In this document: in pieces, positions 37,019-46,832 of the stretch
Position numbering within the stretch: the first letter of the stretch is position 1
Layout: every line of letters starts with the position of its first letter
Source of the DNA: Gaiellaceae bacterium
Lineage (GTDB): Bacteria > Actinomycetota > Thermoleophilia > Gaiellales > Gaiellaceae
Direction: 5' to 3'
DNA length: 64,000 nucleotides
NCBI GenBank assembly: GCA_035650975.1
Contig: DASRGQ010000058.1
Span: 3,019-67,018, forward strand
The notes under the pieces: model-generated
Told to the model about the DNA's origin: nothing
The model's input: the letters and a program-made list of their open reading frames with translations, nothing else
Database searches by the model: none
Translations under genes and position numbers: made by a program

Positions 37019-37501
37019 CTATCTGATCGACCACGGCGGGAAGCGGGTCGCGTCAAGCTCACGCTGCGCCCTGCGCACCGCTGCGGTGGCCGGCCGCGGC
37101 GACCCGAAGTAGACATAGACCTGGACTGCCGATCCGTTCCGCCAGGTGTACCCACTCCACATCGAGACGTGCCCCTGGTCAGCGTTCCCCTCGAAGTTCG
37201 AGTGGATCTGCGACCTGGCGATGTGCAAACGGTGCCGCTGCATCATCCACGCAGGGCGGGACGGCTGCCACGAGCGGATCAGAAGGATCGCGACGTCGCG
37301 CGGCCCGAGGGTCTTCGCCGTCTTCCACGGAACGTCATTTGGAGCATCCCGGTAGCGGACAGTTGCCGCCCAGCTGTCGACCTGCACGCATCCCGGACAT
37401 CGCGTGATTGCGATCCGTGCCGTTCCGCCGTTCCAGCCGCCGGTGTGCGGAAGAAGCGCGGCCGGGGCAAGCAGTGCCGCTGACACGAGAGTCGCGATCA
37501 C
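37019..37501 (-). CDS. hypothetical secreted protein
   Basis: GTG (37501) or TTG (37510) start, signal-like VIATLVSAALLAPAALL. C-terminal VYVYFGSPRPATAAVRRAQRELDATRF. Only the 3' part of the 386-aa track ORF is used, because the rest overlaps cdsA. Confidence 0.5.
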   Translation of the reverse strand: MIATLVSAALLAPAALLPHTGGWNGGTARIAITRCPGCVQVDSWAATVRYRDAPNDVPWKTAKTLGPRDVAILLIRSWQPSRPAWMMQRHRLHIARSQIHSNFEGNADQGHVSMWSGYTWRNGSAVQVYVYFGSPRPATAAVRRAQRELDATRFPPWSIR

Positions 37502-37608
37502 ATCGCTCAAGTTACGGCTCGACCTCGGAAAGAGGTCCGATTTCCCCCGGCGCGCTACAAGCGGGTCTCGCCGCAACTCGCTCGGCTGCGAGGGTCTTCT
37601 CGCCCCGA

Positions 37609-38403
37609 CTAAGTCGTGAACGCGAGGATCGCGAAGTACGCAGCCGGTGCGGCGAAGAGGAACGCGTCGAGCCGGTCGAGCATGCCGCCGTGGCCGCCGA
37701 GTAGCCGGCCGCTGTCTTTCAGGCCCGCGTCGCGCTTCAGGAGCGACTCGAAGAGATCGCCGAGCGGCCCCGCGATTGCCAGCACGCCGCCGAGCACGAC
37801 TGACTGCGGGATCGTCAGGAAGTGCTGCTTGTACATGGCGACGAACGCGACGAAGACCGTCGCCGCGGTCCCGAACAGGAATCCCTCCCAGGTCTTCCCC
37901 GGCGACGTCGACGGCGCCATCTTGTGGCGGCCGAGGAGCCGCCCACCGAGATAGGCGAACGTGTCGCCGGCCCACACCGCAAGCAGCACCGTGTAGAGCG
38001 CGAGGCGGCCGTGCGTCGGCAGGTGCCGCAGGAGGAGTAGGAACGCGAGTCCGCCGCCGACCCAGAACGCGCCCATCACCGTGCTGCTGATCGCCGACGT
38101 CGAGGCGGCACGAGCTTCCGAGATTGCCTTCAGGCAAAACGCGAGCACGAACGTCGTGAGCGCCCCGCCGACGAGCCACGTGACGCCGGAGAGCTCCGCA
38201 CCGAGCAGCGCAAGCGTCGCACCGACGTAACCGGCCGGCGCGAGCGGTGCAAGCGCGCGCGCCATCAACCAGTACTCATGCAGCGACAACACAGCGGCGA
38301 GCGCGACCAGCGCGAAGAGCCACCAGCCGCCGAGATACACCGCGCCGAGCACGACCGGCAGCAGCGCGAGCGCAACGACGATGCGGCTGAGCCAGTTCGC
38401 CAC
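37609..38403 (-). CDS. cdsA: phosphatidate cytidylyltransferase
   Basis: Multi-TM protein with SPGKTWEG and FESLLKRDAGLKDSG...GHGGMLDRLD signature. Confidence 0.9.
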   Translation of the reverse strand: MANWLSRIVVALALLPVVLGAVYLGGWWLFALVALAAVLSLHEYWLMARALAPLAPAGYVGATLALLGAELSGVTWLVGGALTTFVLAFCLKAISEARAASTSAISSTVMGAFWVGGGLAFLLLLRHLPTHGRLALYTVLLAVWAGDTFAYLGGRLLGRHKMAPSTSPGKTWEGFLFGTAATVFVAFVAMYKQHFLTIPQSVVLGGVLAIAGPLGDLFESLLKRDAGLKDSGRLLGGHGGMLDRLDAFLFAAPAAYFAILAFTT

Positions 38404-38416
38404 AGCCGGCTCCGCG

Positions 38417-39166
38417 CTACCGGCCGCCGAACCGGCGGCGCCGCGAGGCGTACTCGGCCAGCGCGGCGCGCAGGTCGCGCGCGTCGAAGTCGGGCCAGAG
38501 CTTGTCGGCGAACACGAGCTCGCTGTAGGCGAGCTGCCACAGCAGGAAGTTCGAGATGCGCAGCTCGCCGCTCGTGCGGATCAGGAGGTCCGGGTCGGGC
38601 AGCTCCGGCGCATAGAGGTTCGCTGCGAACACGTTCTCGTCGATCTCCGCGGGATCGACGCCGCTCTCGGCGATCCGTCGCGCCGCCTCTACGAGCTCGG
38701 CGCGTCCGCCGTAGTCGAACGCGACCCAGAGGTTGATGCGCGCGTTCAGCGCGGTGCGATCCTCCATCGCGTCCATGCGCCTGCGCAGCTCCTCCGGCGC
38801 GCGATCGCGCCGGCCGATGAACCGCACACGCACACCCTGCTCCGCGAGGTCGGGGAGCTCGCGCTCGATCGTCTCGGCAAAGATCTCCATCAGCGCGTCC
38901 ACCTCGTCCGCCGGACGAGACCAGTTTTCCGTCGAGAACGCGAAGACCGACAAGTCGTGGATGCCGAGCTCGATCGACGCCTCGACCGCGCGGCGCACGT
39001 TCCGTGCCCCCGCTCGATGTCCGGCCGCAACCGGCAACTTGCGTCGCTTCGCCCAACGGCCGTTACCGTCGAGGATGATCGCGACCGAACCGGCGACCTC
39101 CGGCAGGTCGGGCTCGACCGCCGCGCGCACGCGCGTGAGCGTTCGAAGACGAGAGATGAGCCGCAT
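38417..39166 (-). CDS. uppS: isoprenyl (undecaprenyl) diphosphate synthase
   Basis: VAIILDGNGRWA...AGHRAG...FAFSTENWSRP...RTSGELRISNFLLWQ. Confidence 0.9.
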   Translation of the reverse strand: MRLISRLRTLTRVRAAVEPDLPEVAGSVAIILDGNGRWAKRRKLPVAAGHRAGARNVRRAVEASIELGIHDLSVFAFSTENWSRPADEVDALMEIFAETIERELPDLAEQGVRVRFIGRRDRAPEELRRRMDAMEDRTALNARINLWVAFDYGGRAELVEAARRIAESGVDPAEIDENVFAANLYAPELPDPDLLIRTSGELRISNFLLWQLAYSELVFADKLWPDFDARDLRAALAEYASRRRRFGGR

Positions 39167-39175
39167 GGAAGTCGC

Positions 39176-39733
39176 TCAGACTTCCATGATCTCGGCCTCT
39201 TTGCGCTTCAGCAGGTCGTCGATCTTCGCGGTGTGATCGTCGGTCAGCTTCTGCACGCGCCCCTCGGCCGCCCGCTCCTCGTCGTCGCCGACGTCGCCGT
39301 TCCTCACGAGCTCTTCGAGATGCTTGATCGCGTCACGGCGGACGTTGCGCACGGCGACTCTCCCCTCCTCCGCCATGTGACGAACGACCTTCACGAGCTC
39401 CTTGCGCCGCTCCTCGGTCAGCTGCGGAATCGGCAGCCGGATCACCTTTCCGTCGTTCGACGGCGTGAGCCCGAGATCGGACTCCTGGATGGTCTTCTCG
39501 ATCTGCTTCACCGACGACGGGTCGAACGGCTGGATCGTCAGCATGCGCGGTTCCGGCGCGTTGATCGTCGCGAGGTTCTTGAGCGGCGTCGGAGTGCCGT
39601 AGTAGTCGACCGAGATCCGATCGAGCAGCGCGGGCGCCGCACGCCCGGTGCGCACCGAGTTGAAGTGGTCGTGGGTCGCCTCGACCGACTTGTCCATCCG
39701 CTCGGTCGCGTTTCTGATGAAGTCTTCGATCAC
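39176..39733 (-). CDS. frr: ribosome recycling factor
   Basis: [28 protein letters not shown]...[11 protein letters not shown] pattern. Confidence 0.95.
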   Translation of the reverse strand: MIEDFIRNATERMDKSVEATHDHFNSVRTGRAAPALLDRISVDYYGTPTPLKNLATINAPEPRMLTIQPFDPSSVKQIEKTIQESDLGLTPSNDGKVIRLPIPQLTEERRKELVKVVRHMAEEGRVAVRNVRRDAIKHLEELVRNGDVGDDEERAAEGRVQKLTDDHTAKIDDLLKRKEAEIMEV

Positions 39734-40500
39734 CTGGCCGCTCCTCCCGGGGTCGCGATGATGGTGCCCACCCGCTCGCCTGACGCCACCCTCGCGACGT
39801 TACCGGGTGCGAGCTCGAAAACGTGAATCGGCAGGTGGTTCTCCATGCAGAGCGAGAGCGCGGTCGTGTCCATCACCTTCAGCCCGCGCTCGATCGCCTC
39901 GAGGTGCGTGAGCTCCGGGATGAGCTTCGCGTCCGGCTTCTCCCGGGGGTCGCCGTCGAGAACGCCCTCCACTCCGTTCTTCGCCATCAGGATCGCCTCG
40001 GCCCCAATCTCGAGCGCGCGCAGCGCCGCCGCCGTGTCCGTTGTGAAGTACGGGTTGCCGGTGCCGGCGGCGAAGATCACGATCCGGCCTTTCTCGAGAT
40101 GGCGGACGGCGCGCCGCCGGATGTACGGCTCGGCGACCTCCTGAACGTCGATCGCCGACTGCACCCGCGTGTCGGCGCCGTTCCGCTCCAGTGCCTCCTG
40201 CACCGAGAGCGCGTTCAGGAGCGTCGCGAGCATGCCCATGTAGTCGCCGGTCGCACGGTCGATCCCCTGCGCCGCGGCCGACATGCCGCGGTAGATGTTG
40301 CCGCCGCCGATCACCAGCGCGATCTCGAGACCGCTCGCGCGCACGTCGACGAGCTCGCGTGCCAGTTCGTCGACGGTCGTCGCGTCGAGGCCGTAGTCCT
40401 TCGTGCCCATCAGGGCCTCGCCGGACAGCTTCAGCAGGATGCGAGCGAAGCCCACGCCGCTATGCGACGGCGTACCAGGCATAGTCGAGGAGCTCGACAC
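39730..40500 (-). CDS. pyrH: UMP kinase
   Basis: [10 protein letters not shown]...[10 protein letters not shown]...[15 protein letters not shown]. The start is uncertain (40500, 40482, or GTG at 40455). Confidence 0.9.
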   Translation of the reverse strand: MSSSSTMPGTPSHSGVGFARILLKLSGEALMGTKDYGLDATTVDELARELVDVRASGLEIALVIGGGNIYRGMSAAAQGIDRATGDYMGMLATLLNALSVQEALERNGADTRVQSAIDVQEVAEPYIRRRAVRHLEKGRIVIFAAGTGNPYFTTDTAAALRALEIGAEAILMAKNGVEGVLDGDPREKPDAKLIPELTHLEAIERGLKVMDTTALSLCMENHLPIHVFELAPGNVARVASGERVGTIIATPGGAAR

Positions 40501-41254
40501 CGCGCTCCTTCAGGAACTGCGCGACCGTGCCCGTCGACTCGTCCGCGCGGTACCACGTCTGCTCGGTGAGCACCGACTCGCCGAAGAACTTCTTGTTCAG
40601 CTGCCCCTCGACGATCTTGTCGCGGATGTTCTCCGGCTTCGCGAGCACCTCTTCGGACCTCGAGAGGATCTCGCGCTCCGCCTCGACCAGCTCGGCCGGG
40701 ACCTCGTCGCGTGTGCCGTACGTCGGCCGGGCGAACGTCAGGTGCAGCGCAAGGCTGCGCGCGACGGCCGCGTCGCCGCCCTTCGTCTTCACGATCGCAC
40801 CGACCTTGTTCGCGGGCGCATGCACGTAGAACGAGATGACCTCGCCGTCGACGGCGGCCATGCGCTTCGTCCCGACGACCTGGATGTTCTCTCCGAGCCT
40901 CGCCGCGAGCTCGACGCGCTCGCCCTCGAGCGACGACGCGTCGCCGCCTTCGAACGTCGCGTGCAGCACCTTCTCGGCATACGCGAGAAAGTCGTCGTTG
41001 TTCGAAACGGGCTCCGTCTCGCAGCCGATCGCGGCGATCGCGCCGGCGTCGTCGCGAACCATCACGCCGACCTTGCCTTCGCTCGTCGCGCGGTCGGCGC
41101 GCTTCGCAGCCGACGCCATTCCCTTCTCTCGCAGGAGCTTCACGGCATCGTCGAAGTCGCCGCCGGTCTCCTGGAGCGCGCGCTTGCACTCCATCATCCC
41201 TGCGCTCGTCGCTTCGCGCAGCTCCTTCACCATCGATGCAGTGATCTCGGTCAC
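40460..41254 (-). CDS. tsf: translation elongation factor Ts
   Basis: [45 protein letters not shown]. The GTG start overlaps the rpsB stop (GTGA). Confidence 0.9.
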   Translation of the reverse strand: MTEITASMVKELREATSAGMMECKRALQETGGDFDDAVKLLREKGMASAAKRADRATSEGKVGVMVRDDAGAIAAIGCETEPVSNNDDFLAYAEKVLHATFEGGDASSLEGERVELAARLGENIQVVGTKRMAAVDGEVISFYVHAPANKVGAIVKTKGGDAAVARSLALHLTFARPTYGTRDEVPAELVEAEREILSRSEEVLAKPENIRDKIVEGQLNKKFFGESVLTEQTWYRADESTGTVAQFLKERGVELLDYAWYAVA

Positions 41255-42060
41255 GCCGTCTCCCCCTCGCTCGTCGTGGCCTCGGCGTCCGCCTCGGGCA
41301 CCGGCGCCTCGGCGGGCTCGGCCTCGGCGTTGCCGTTGCCGTTCGCGTTTCGCGGGGCACGCAGCTCGCCGGTCGTCACCTTTTGCTTCCCGGCCTCGAT
41401 GCCGTCCGCAATCGCCTTGACGACGAGCGTGCACGAGCGGATGGCATCGTCGTTTCCGGGGATCACGTAGTCCGCCTCGTCCGGATCGCAGTTCGTGTCG
41501 ACGAGCGCGATCACCGGGAGGCCGAGGCGCTGCGCCTCGCGCACCGCGAGCTGCTCCTTGCGGAGGTCGACGATGAAGATCGCATCGGGCTGCCGGCGCA
41601 TGTCAGCGACACCGCCGAGGTTCGCCTCGAGCTTCTCGAGCTCGGCTTCCATCGAGATGCGCTCCTTCGCGGGCAGGAGGTCGAGCTGCGACTCCGTCTT
41701 CAGCGACCGCAGCTCGTGGAGACGCTGGATGCGGTCGGAGATCGTGCGCCAGTTCGTGAGCAGGCCGCCGAGCCAGCGGTTGTTGACGTACGGCATGCCG
41801 ACGCGCCTCGCCTCCGAACGGACGGCGTCCTGCGCCTGCTTCTTCGTGCCGACGAAGAGGACCGAACCGCCGCGCTCCGCGATCGCCCGAGCGAATGCGT
41901 GCGCCTCGTCGAGCAGCTCCTGCGTCTGCGTGAGATCGATGATGTAGATCCCCCCGCGCTCGGTGAAGATGAACCGCTTCATCTTCGGGTTCCAGCGGCG
42001 GGTCTGGTGACCGAAGTGCACTCCGGCCTCCAGCAGTTCCTTCATGGAAACGACGGGCAC
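41251..42060 (-). CDS. rpsB: 30S ribosomal protein S2 with acidic C-terminal extension
   Basis: GTG start after [32 protein letters not shown]... Confidence 0.9.
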   Translation of the reverse strand: MPVVSMKELLEAGVHFGHQTRRWNPKMKRFIFTERGGIYIIDLTQTQELLDEAHAFARAIAERGGSVLFVGTKKQAQDAVRSEARRVGMPYVNNRWLGGLLTNWRTISDRIQRLHELRSLKTESQLDLLPAKERISMEAELEKLEANLGGVADMRRQPDAIFIVDLRKEQLAVREAQRLGLPVIALVDTNCDPDEADYVIPGNDDAIRSCTLVVKAIADGIEAGKQKVTTGELRAPRNANGNGNAEAEPAEAPVPEADAEATTSEGETA

Positions 42061-42170
42061 GTGAGCCCCTTTCTCGGTTTCGATTGCAGTCTGCCGGCGG
42101 GCCTCGCGCGGAAGCCGGAAAGGTCCGGCCACCGTCCGCGGGAGGGTCCCCACCGGGTCGGTGGGACGTG

Positions 42171-43043
42171 TCAGCCGCGAATGGTAGCGAGGCGCTGCTG
42201 GAGCTCGTCCGGCAGCTCCGATCGTGCCTCGACGCGCCCGTCCTGGAACGGGTGCGGGAACGCGAGCTCGGAGGCATGGAGGAACTGGCGTCCGAGCACC
42301 GGATCGGGGACCCCGTACGTGCGGTCGCCGACGACCGGCAGGTCGATCGCCGCGAGATGCACCCGGATCTGGTGCATCCGGCCCGTCTCGAGGCGCACGC
42401 GCAGCAGCGCATGCCCGGGGAGGAGCTCGAGCACCTCGAAGTGCGTGACGGCTTCCTTCGGCGCGTCGGTCTCGAGCGAGACCCGCGTCGGATCGCCCCG
42501 GTCGCGGCCGATCGCAGCCTCGATCGCGCCGGTGCGCGAGCGCGGTACGCCCTGCACAAGCGCCAGATAGCTCCGCTCTACGAGGCGGTCACGGACGAGC
42601 TGCTGCAGCCGCGCGTGCGCCGCCTCGGAGCGCGCGACGACGAGCAGCCCGGACGTGTCGCGATCGAGGCGGTGCACGATCCCGGGCCGTTCGGGGTCGC
42701 CGCCCGCGATGCGCCCCGCGAGTGCGTCGACGAGCGTGCCGCTCGCATGTCCTGCACCCGGATGCACGACGAGCCCCGCGGGCTTGTCGAGGACGAGCAG
42801 GTGCTCGTCCTCGACCACGATCGTCGGTGGCTCGACCGCCAACGGCGGCAGTGCCGGATCGTCCTCCGCGAGCTCGATTTGCTCGCCGCCTGCGAGGCGG
42901 TGGCTCTTTGCGCGAACGACGCCGTCGACGAGCGCACCGGCGGCAACCGCACGCTCTGCGGCGGCGCGCGAGCCGAGCTGCGTCGCGAGGAAACGGTCGA
43001 GGCGCTCGCCGGCCGCCGACGCCGGCGCCGTGAACGTCGTCAC
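42171..43043 (-). CDS. rluD: RluA/RluD-family 23S rRNA pseudouridine synthase
   Basis: S4-like N-terminus (ERLDRFLA). [14 protein letters not shown] catalytic motif. HQIRVHL. The GTG start overlaps the lspA stop (GTGA). Confidence 0.85.
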   Translation of the reverse strand: MTTFTAPASAAGERLDRFLATQLGSRAAAERAVAAGALVDGVVRAKSHRLAGGEQIELAEDDPALPPLAVEPPTIVVEDEHLLVLDKPAGLVVHPGAGHASGTLVDALAGRIAGGDPERPGIVHRLDRDTSGLLVVARSEAAHARLQQLVRDRLVERSYLALVQGVPRSRTGAIEAAIGRDRGDPTRVSLETDAPKEAVTHFEVLELLPGHALLRVRLETGRMHQIRVHLAAIDLPVVGDRTYGVPDPVLGRQFLHASELAFPHPFQDGRVEARSELPDELQQRLATIRG

Positions 43044-43603
43044 CGTGCAGCGACGTCGAGCGTGCGCCGCGGTGGGCGCGGGGCGCGATCGGCGGCGACG
43101 AGCGCGCCCAGCAGGATCGCGACGCCGACGACGATGAAGCTGTCGGCGAGGTTGAACGCAGGCCACCACCTGAGATCGATGAAGTCGGTGACATGGTGGA
43201 GCCGGATGCGGTCGACGAGGTTCGAGACGCTGCCGCCGATCAGGAGGCCGAGCGCCGCCGGCAGGACAGGGTGGCGCGCACCGGAGCGCGCGAAGTAGAC
43301 GAGCATCCAGACGACCGCTGCGGCAGTGACGACCGTGACGATCGCCGTCGCGCTCGCGAAGAACCCGAACGCGATGCCCGAGTTCTGCACGTGGTGGATC
43401 GAGAGCGGGCCGACGACGTGCACGGAGTCGTCGAGTCCGAGCGTCGCGGTGACGATGTGCTTCGTCACTTGATCTGCGACCACCGCCGCGATCGCGACCG
43501 CGCCGAGACCCGCCCACTGCCGCGCCCCCGCTGCGAGGGAGCGCTCGGCGACCGACACCGGCGTCAGGCCGTCGGTCGACGAGCCGACCCGGATGTCGCT
43601 CAC
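43040..43603 (-). CDS. lspA: lipoprotein signal peptidase II
   Basis: DQVTKHIV...NSGIAFG...GGSVSNLVDR...VTDFIDL...FNLADS motifs. Confidence 0.85.
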   Translation of the reverse strand: MSDIRVGSSTDGLTPVSVAERSLAAGARQWAGLGAVAIAAVVADQVTKHIVTATLGLDDSVHVVGPLSIHHVQNSGIAFGFFASATAIVTVVTAAAVVWMLVYFARSGARHPVLPAALGLLIGGSVSNLVDRIRLHHVTDFIDLRWWPAFNLADSFIVVGVAILLGALVAADRAPRPPRRTLDVAAR

Positions 43604-43604
43604 C

Positions 43605-43979
43605 TCAGGCGTCTCGCCGCCGCTGATCGTCGATGCAAAGACGCGCCCACGGGATCGCAGAAAGACGGGCAGCGCCGACCGGCTCGCCGCAGACCTCGCA
43701 GACGCCGTAGCTCCCCTCGTCGAGCTTGCGCAGCGCCAGCTCGACGTCGTCGAGCGTCTGCTGCGCGCCCTCTTCGAGGCTCTCGTCGAGCTCGCGGTCG
43801 TAGGTCGCGGTCGCGAGATCGCCGAGATGGTTGTCGTTGCCGGCTGCGACCTCGCCCAGCTCGTCCTCGAGGCTGCCCGGGTTCTCGCGCTCGAGAAACC
43901 GCACCGCGGCGGTCAGACGCGCGTGCTCTTCTTCGAGCCGCCGGCGCAGGCCGTCGGTGTCGATGTCCGCCGCACCCAT
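43605..43979 (-). CDS. DksA/TraR-family C4 zinc-finger protein
   Basis: Coiled-coil N-terminus and C-terminal CEVCGEPVGAARLSAIPWARLC. Confidence 0.8.
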   Translation of the reverse strand: MGAADIDTDGLRRRLEEEHARLTAAVRFLERENPGSLEDELGEVAAGNDNHLGDLATATYDRELDESLEEGAQQTLDDVELALRKLDEGSYGVCEVCGEPVGAARLSAIPWARLCIDDQRRRDA

Positions 43980-43998
43980 CGCCGCTCAGCGTACTCGC

Positions 43999-44676
43999 TC
44001 ATTCCCAGGAGAAGTCGCGCTTCGGCGGCTCGTCGTCGTCGAAGCCGTGCTCGGGCTCGACGAGGGGCGGCAGCGGCGCGGGCAGATTGTCGGGCTTCGC
44101 GCCCTCGGGCCGCGGCGGCTCCGGCTCCGCTTCTGCCTGCTCGTCCGCGTCCGAGCCTGCCTGCACGCGCGCCTCGACCTCTTCGAGCGAGATCGCTTCG
44201 AACTCGCGCGTGTCCTGCCGGTTCGGCCAGCTTTCCGAGGCGGCTGCCGAGCCGGGCACCGCTTCGTGATGCGACTCCTCGACCATCCCGAGCGCGGCGC
44301 GCAGCAGCGTCTCGACGCGGCGCGACTCCGCGAACAAACGCTCGCGTTCGTTCTGCGCCGTGCGTGTGATCGAGCGCGACTCCTGGTGTGCTTCGGCAAC
44401 GATGATCTCCGCCTCGCGCTTCGCGTTCTCGATCGCCTCGGCCGCCGTCTTCTCGGCGGCGAGCAATGTGGACGCAAGCAGCGACTCGCGCTGGCGCACC
44501 TCGTCGAGGCGCTTCTCGGCGTCCTCGAGCTTGTCCGCGAGCTCTCCCCGCTCGCGCCAGACCTCTTCGAAGCTATCGGCAACGTCCTCGAGCACGTGCT
44601 CGACCTCGGACCGTTTGTAGCCGAGCAGCCGACGCGGCGGATGGACGTGTCTCAGCTCAACCGGTGTGTAACGCAT
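43999..44676 (-). CDS. divIVA: DivIVA-domain cell-division/polarity protein
   Basis: MRYTPVELRHVHPPRRLLGYKRSEVEHVLEDV, followed by coiled coil. Confidence 0.85.
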   Translation of the reverse strand: MRYTPVELRHVHPPRRLLGYKRSEVEHVLEDVADSFEEVWRERGELADKLEDAEKRLDEVRQRESLLASTLLAAEKTAAEAIENAKREAEIIVAEAHQESRSITRTAQNERERLFAESRRVETLLRAALGMVEESHHEAVPGSAAASESWPNRQDTREFEAISLEEVEARVQAGSDADEQAEAEPEPPRPEGAKPDNLPAPLPPLVEPEHGFDDDEPPKRDFSWE

Positions 44677-44689
44677 CCACTCTCCTTCC

Positions 44690-44974
44690 TCAGTGGAACC
44701 TGTCGAGGATCGCGATGGCGATCCGCTCGGCGATGACCAGGGCGAGCACGCCGACCATCGGCGACAGGTCGAGCGGCCCTGCCATGGGCAGGATCCGCCG
44801 CCAGATTCGGAGGTACGGCTCGCAGGCGTCGTAGAGGAACTTGTGGATCACGCGGAGTGAGTAGGGAAGCTGGATCCATGAGGCGATGATGTAGAGAAAG
44901 ATCGCGAGTACGTAGACGCCGACGAAGACGTTCAGGAACAGCTCGACCTGGGTGATCGCGTCGAGCAGAACCAT
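44690..44974 (-). CDS. yggT: YggT-family membrane protein
   Basis: 94 aa, two TM segments, IASWIQLPYS...LRPIRR-like motif (YLRIWRRILP). Confidence 0.85.
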   Translation of the reverse strand: MVLLDAITQVELFLNVFVGVYVLAIFLYIIASWIQLPYSLRVIHKFLYDACEPYLRIWRRILPMAGPLDLSPMVGVLALVIAERIAIAILDRFH

Positions 44975-45009
44975 GTCCGCAGCCTCCTTCGCGGCGCGGC
45001 GGGGGTTTC

Positions 45010-45567
45010 CTACGCCTGGTTGAAGAACCCGCCCCGCTCGAGCAGCTGCGCGCGCTGCTCCGCGGAGACTTCGACGTTTCTCGGCGTGAGCAGGAACACC
45101 TTGTCGGCGACGCGCTGCATGCCGCCGTTCAAGGCGTAGGTGAGCCCGCTCGTGAAGTCGATCAGGCGCTTCGAGAGCTCCGTGTCGGCGCCCTGCAGGT
45201 TGAGGATCACCGGCATCCCCTGCTTGAACTTGTCGGCGATCTGCTGGGCGTCGTTGAAGCTGCGCGGCAGGATCAGGTGCACGCGAACGTTCGACGCCGG
45301 CACCGCCTCGATCTGCGGCCGCATCTCGCGCACCCGCGCGGAGCGGGCGGCCGGAACACGTGTCGGCTGGTCGGCACCCGACTCGGTCCAGTCGTCGTAC
45401 TCGTGCGACCGCCGCCGAGGCGTCAGACGCCGGACGTTCGGCCGCTCGCGATAGCTCTGCTCCAGGCTCTCCTCGGCCGCGTAGCCGTCCTCGTCGTCCC
45501 AGTCGTCGTCCTCCTCGGCGATGCCGAAGTAGACGAGCGTCCGCGACCAGAGGTCTCCCAGCGCCAT
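45010..45567 (-). CDS. sepF: cell division protein SepF
   Basis: MALGDLWSRTLVYFGI, an acidic linker, and C-terminal SFNDAQQIADKFKQGMPVILNL...RLIDFTSG. Confidence 0.9.
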   Translation of the reverse strand: MALGDLWSRTLVYFGIAEEDDDWDDEDGYAAEESLEQSYRERPNVRRLTPRRRSHEYDDWTESGADQPTRVPAARSARVREMRPQIEAVPASNVRVHLILPRSFNDAQQIADKFKQGMPVILNLQGADTELSKRLIDFTSGLTYALNGGMQRVADKVFLLTPRNVEVSAEQRAQLLERGGFFNQA

Positions 45568-45577
45568 TCGCGCCAGT

Positions 45578-46168
45578 TTAGTCCTGAAAGAGGATCGATC
45601 CGACGCGCACGTACGTCGCGCCCTCCTGCGCGGCGACCGCGTAGTCCTGCGTCGTCCCCATCGACAGCTCGTCGAGCCCGTGCTCCTCGGCGAGCCCGCG
45701 CAGGCGTGCGAACCAGGGCCGGGAAGCCTCGGGGCTCGCCGCCGCGGGCGGCATCGTGGACAGGCCGCGGACGCCGTAGCCGAGGTACGCCGGCAGGTGC
45801 TCGGGTGCGACGCCCGACTTCGACTCTTCGCCCGCCAGGTTGACCTGCACGAGCGCGGGAATCTCGAGCCTGCGCGCGGCCGACTCCGAGTCGACGGAAT
45901 GGACGAGCTCGCAGATGCGGTTCACGACCTTCACCTTGTTCGACTGCAGGTGCCCGATGAAGTGCCAGCGGAAAGCATCGCCGTACTCGGCGTGCTTCGC
46001 CTCGAGGTCCTGCGCGCGATTCTCGCCGATGACCTGCACGCCTGCGTCCACGAGTGCCGCGAGGTCCGCGAGCGGGACGTACTTCGTCGCTGCGACGACC
46101 GTTACGTTCGGTCCGACTTCGGCCTGCACGCGCGCGAGGCGCTCGCGCACGCGCTCAGGCGACAGCAC
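45578..46168 (-). CDS. yggS: YggS-family pyridoxal-phosphate homeostasis protein
   Basis: VVAATKYVP...IGENRAQDL...WHFIGHLQSNKV...SMGTTQDY. GTG start after AGGGAG, 14-nt overlap with pgeF. Confidence 0.8.
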   Translation of the reverse strand: MLSPERVRERLARVQAEVGPNVTVVAATKYVPLADLAALVDAGVQVIGENRAQDLEAKHAEYGDAFRWHFIGHLQSNKVKVVNRICELVHSVDSESAARRLEIPALVQVNLAGEESKSGVAPEHLPAYLGYGVRGLSTMPPAAASPEASRPWFARLRGLAEEHGLDELSMGTTQDYAVAAQEGATYVRVGSILFQD

Positions 46169-46832
46169 CGAGCACTCCCTGCGCGCCGAACGTCTCTCCG
46201 TCGCGCCGGTGCGAGAAGAAGAGCTCCGGGTGGCAGCGCGTGCAGAGGTCGACGCGCTCGACGTGCGCGACGCCCGCAGCTCGCAGCGAACGTTCCGCGG
46301 CAGTCCACAGATCGAGCTTGCCGGCGGACGTGAGGTCGTCGTCGTAGAGCGCCGACACCTCATTCCCCACCTCGTAGCAGCACGGCCCGATCGCCGGCCC
46401 GACGACCGCATGCAGTTCCCCTTCTCCAAGCGCCGCCACGCCGGCGTCGACGATTCCGTTCGCAAGTCCGCGCCAGCCGGCGTGCAGCACCGCGAGCGCC
46501 CGTTCGCCGCCTGTGCGCGCGATCGCGATCGGCACACAGTCGGCGGCGAACGCGAGCATCGGCAGCCCCGGCTCCGCCGTCCACAGCCCGTCGCCTCCAC
46601 GCCCGCGCGCGCCCGCCTGGTGCACGTCGGTCGAGTGCAGCTGACGGTTGAACGACAGCCTCTCGGCGTCGAGCCCGAGCTCTGCGCACGCACGGCGACG
46701 GTTCTCCTCGACGAGCTGCGCGTCGTCTCCGGTCGCAACGGTCAGGTTGAGCGACGCGAAGGCGCCCTCGCTGACACCGCCGGCCCGCGTCGTGAACGCG
46801 ACGACGTAGCCGGGCTGCTCCCAGAAGATCAC
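46155..46832 (-). CDS. pgeF: peptidoglycan editing factor PgeF (YfiH/DUF152 family)
   Basis: FTTRAGGVSEGAFASLN...QLHSTDV...ADCVPI...HAGWRG...GPCCYEVG...CTRC. Confidence 0.85.
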   Translation of the reverse strand: MIFWEQPGYVVAFTTRAGGVSEGAFASLNLTVATGDDAQLVEENRRRACAELGLDAERLSFNRQLHSTDVHQAGARGRGGDGLWTAEPGLPMLAFAADCVPIAIARTGGERALAVLHAGWRGLANGIVDAGVAALGEGELHAVVGPAIGPCCYEVGNEVSALYDDDLTSAGKLDLWTAAERSLRAAGVAHVERVDLCTRCHPELFFSHRRDGETFGAQGVLGAVA

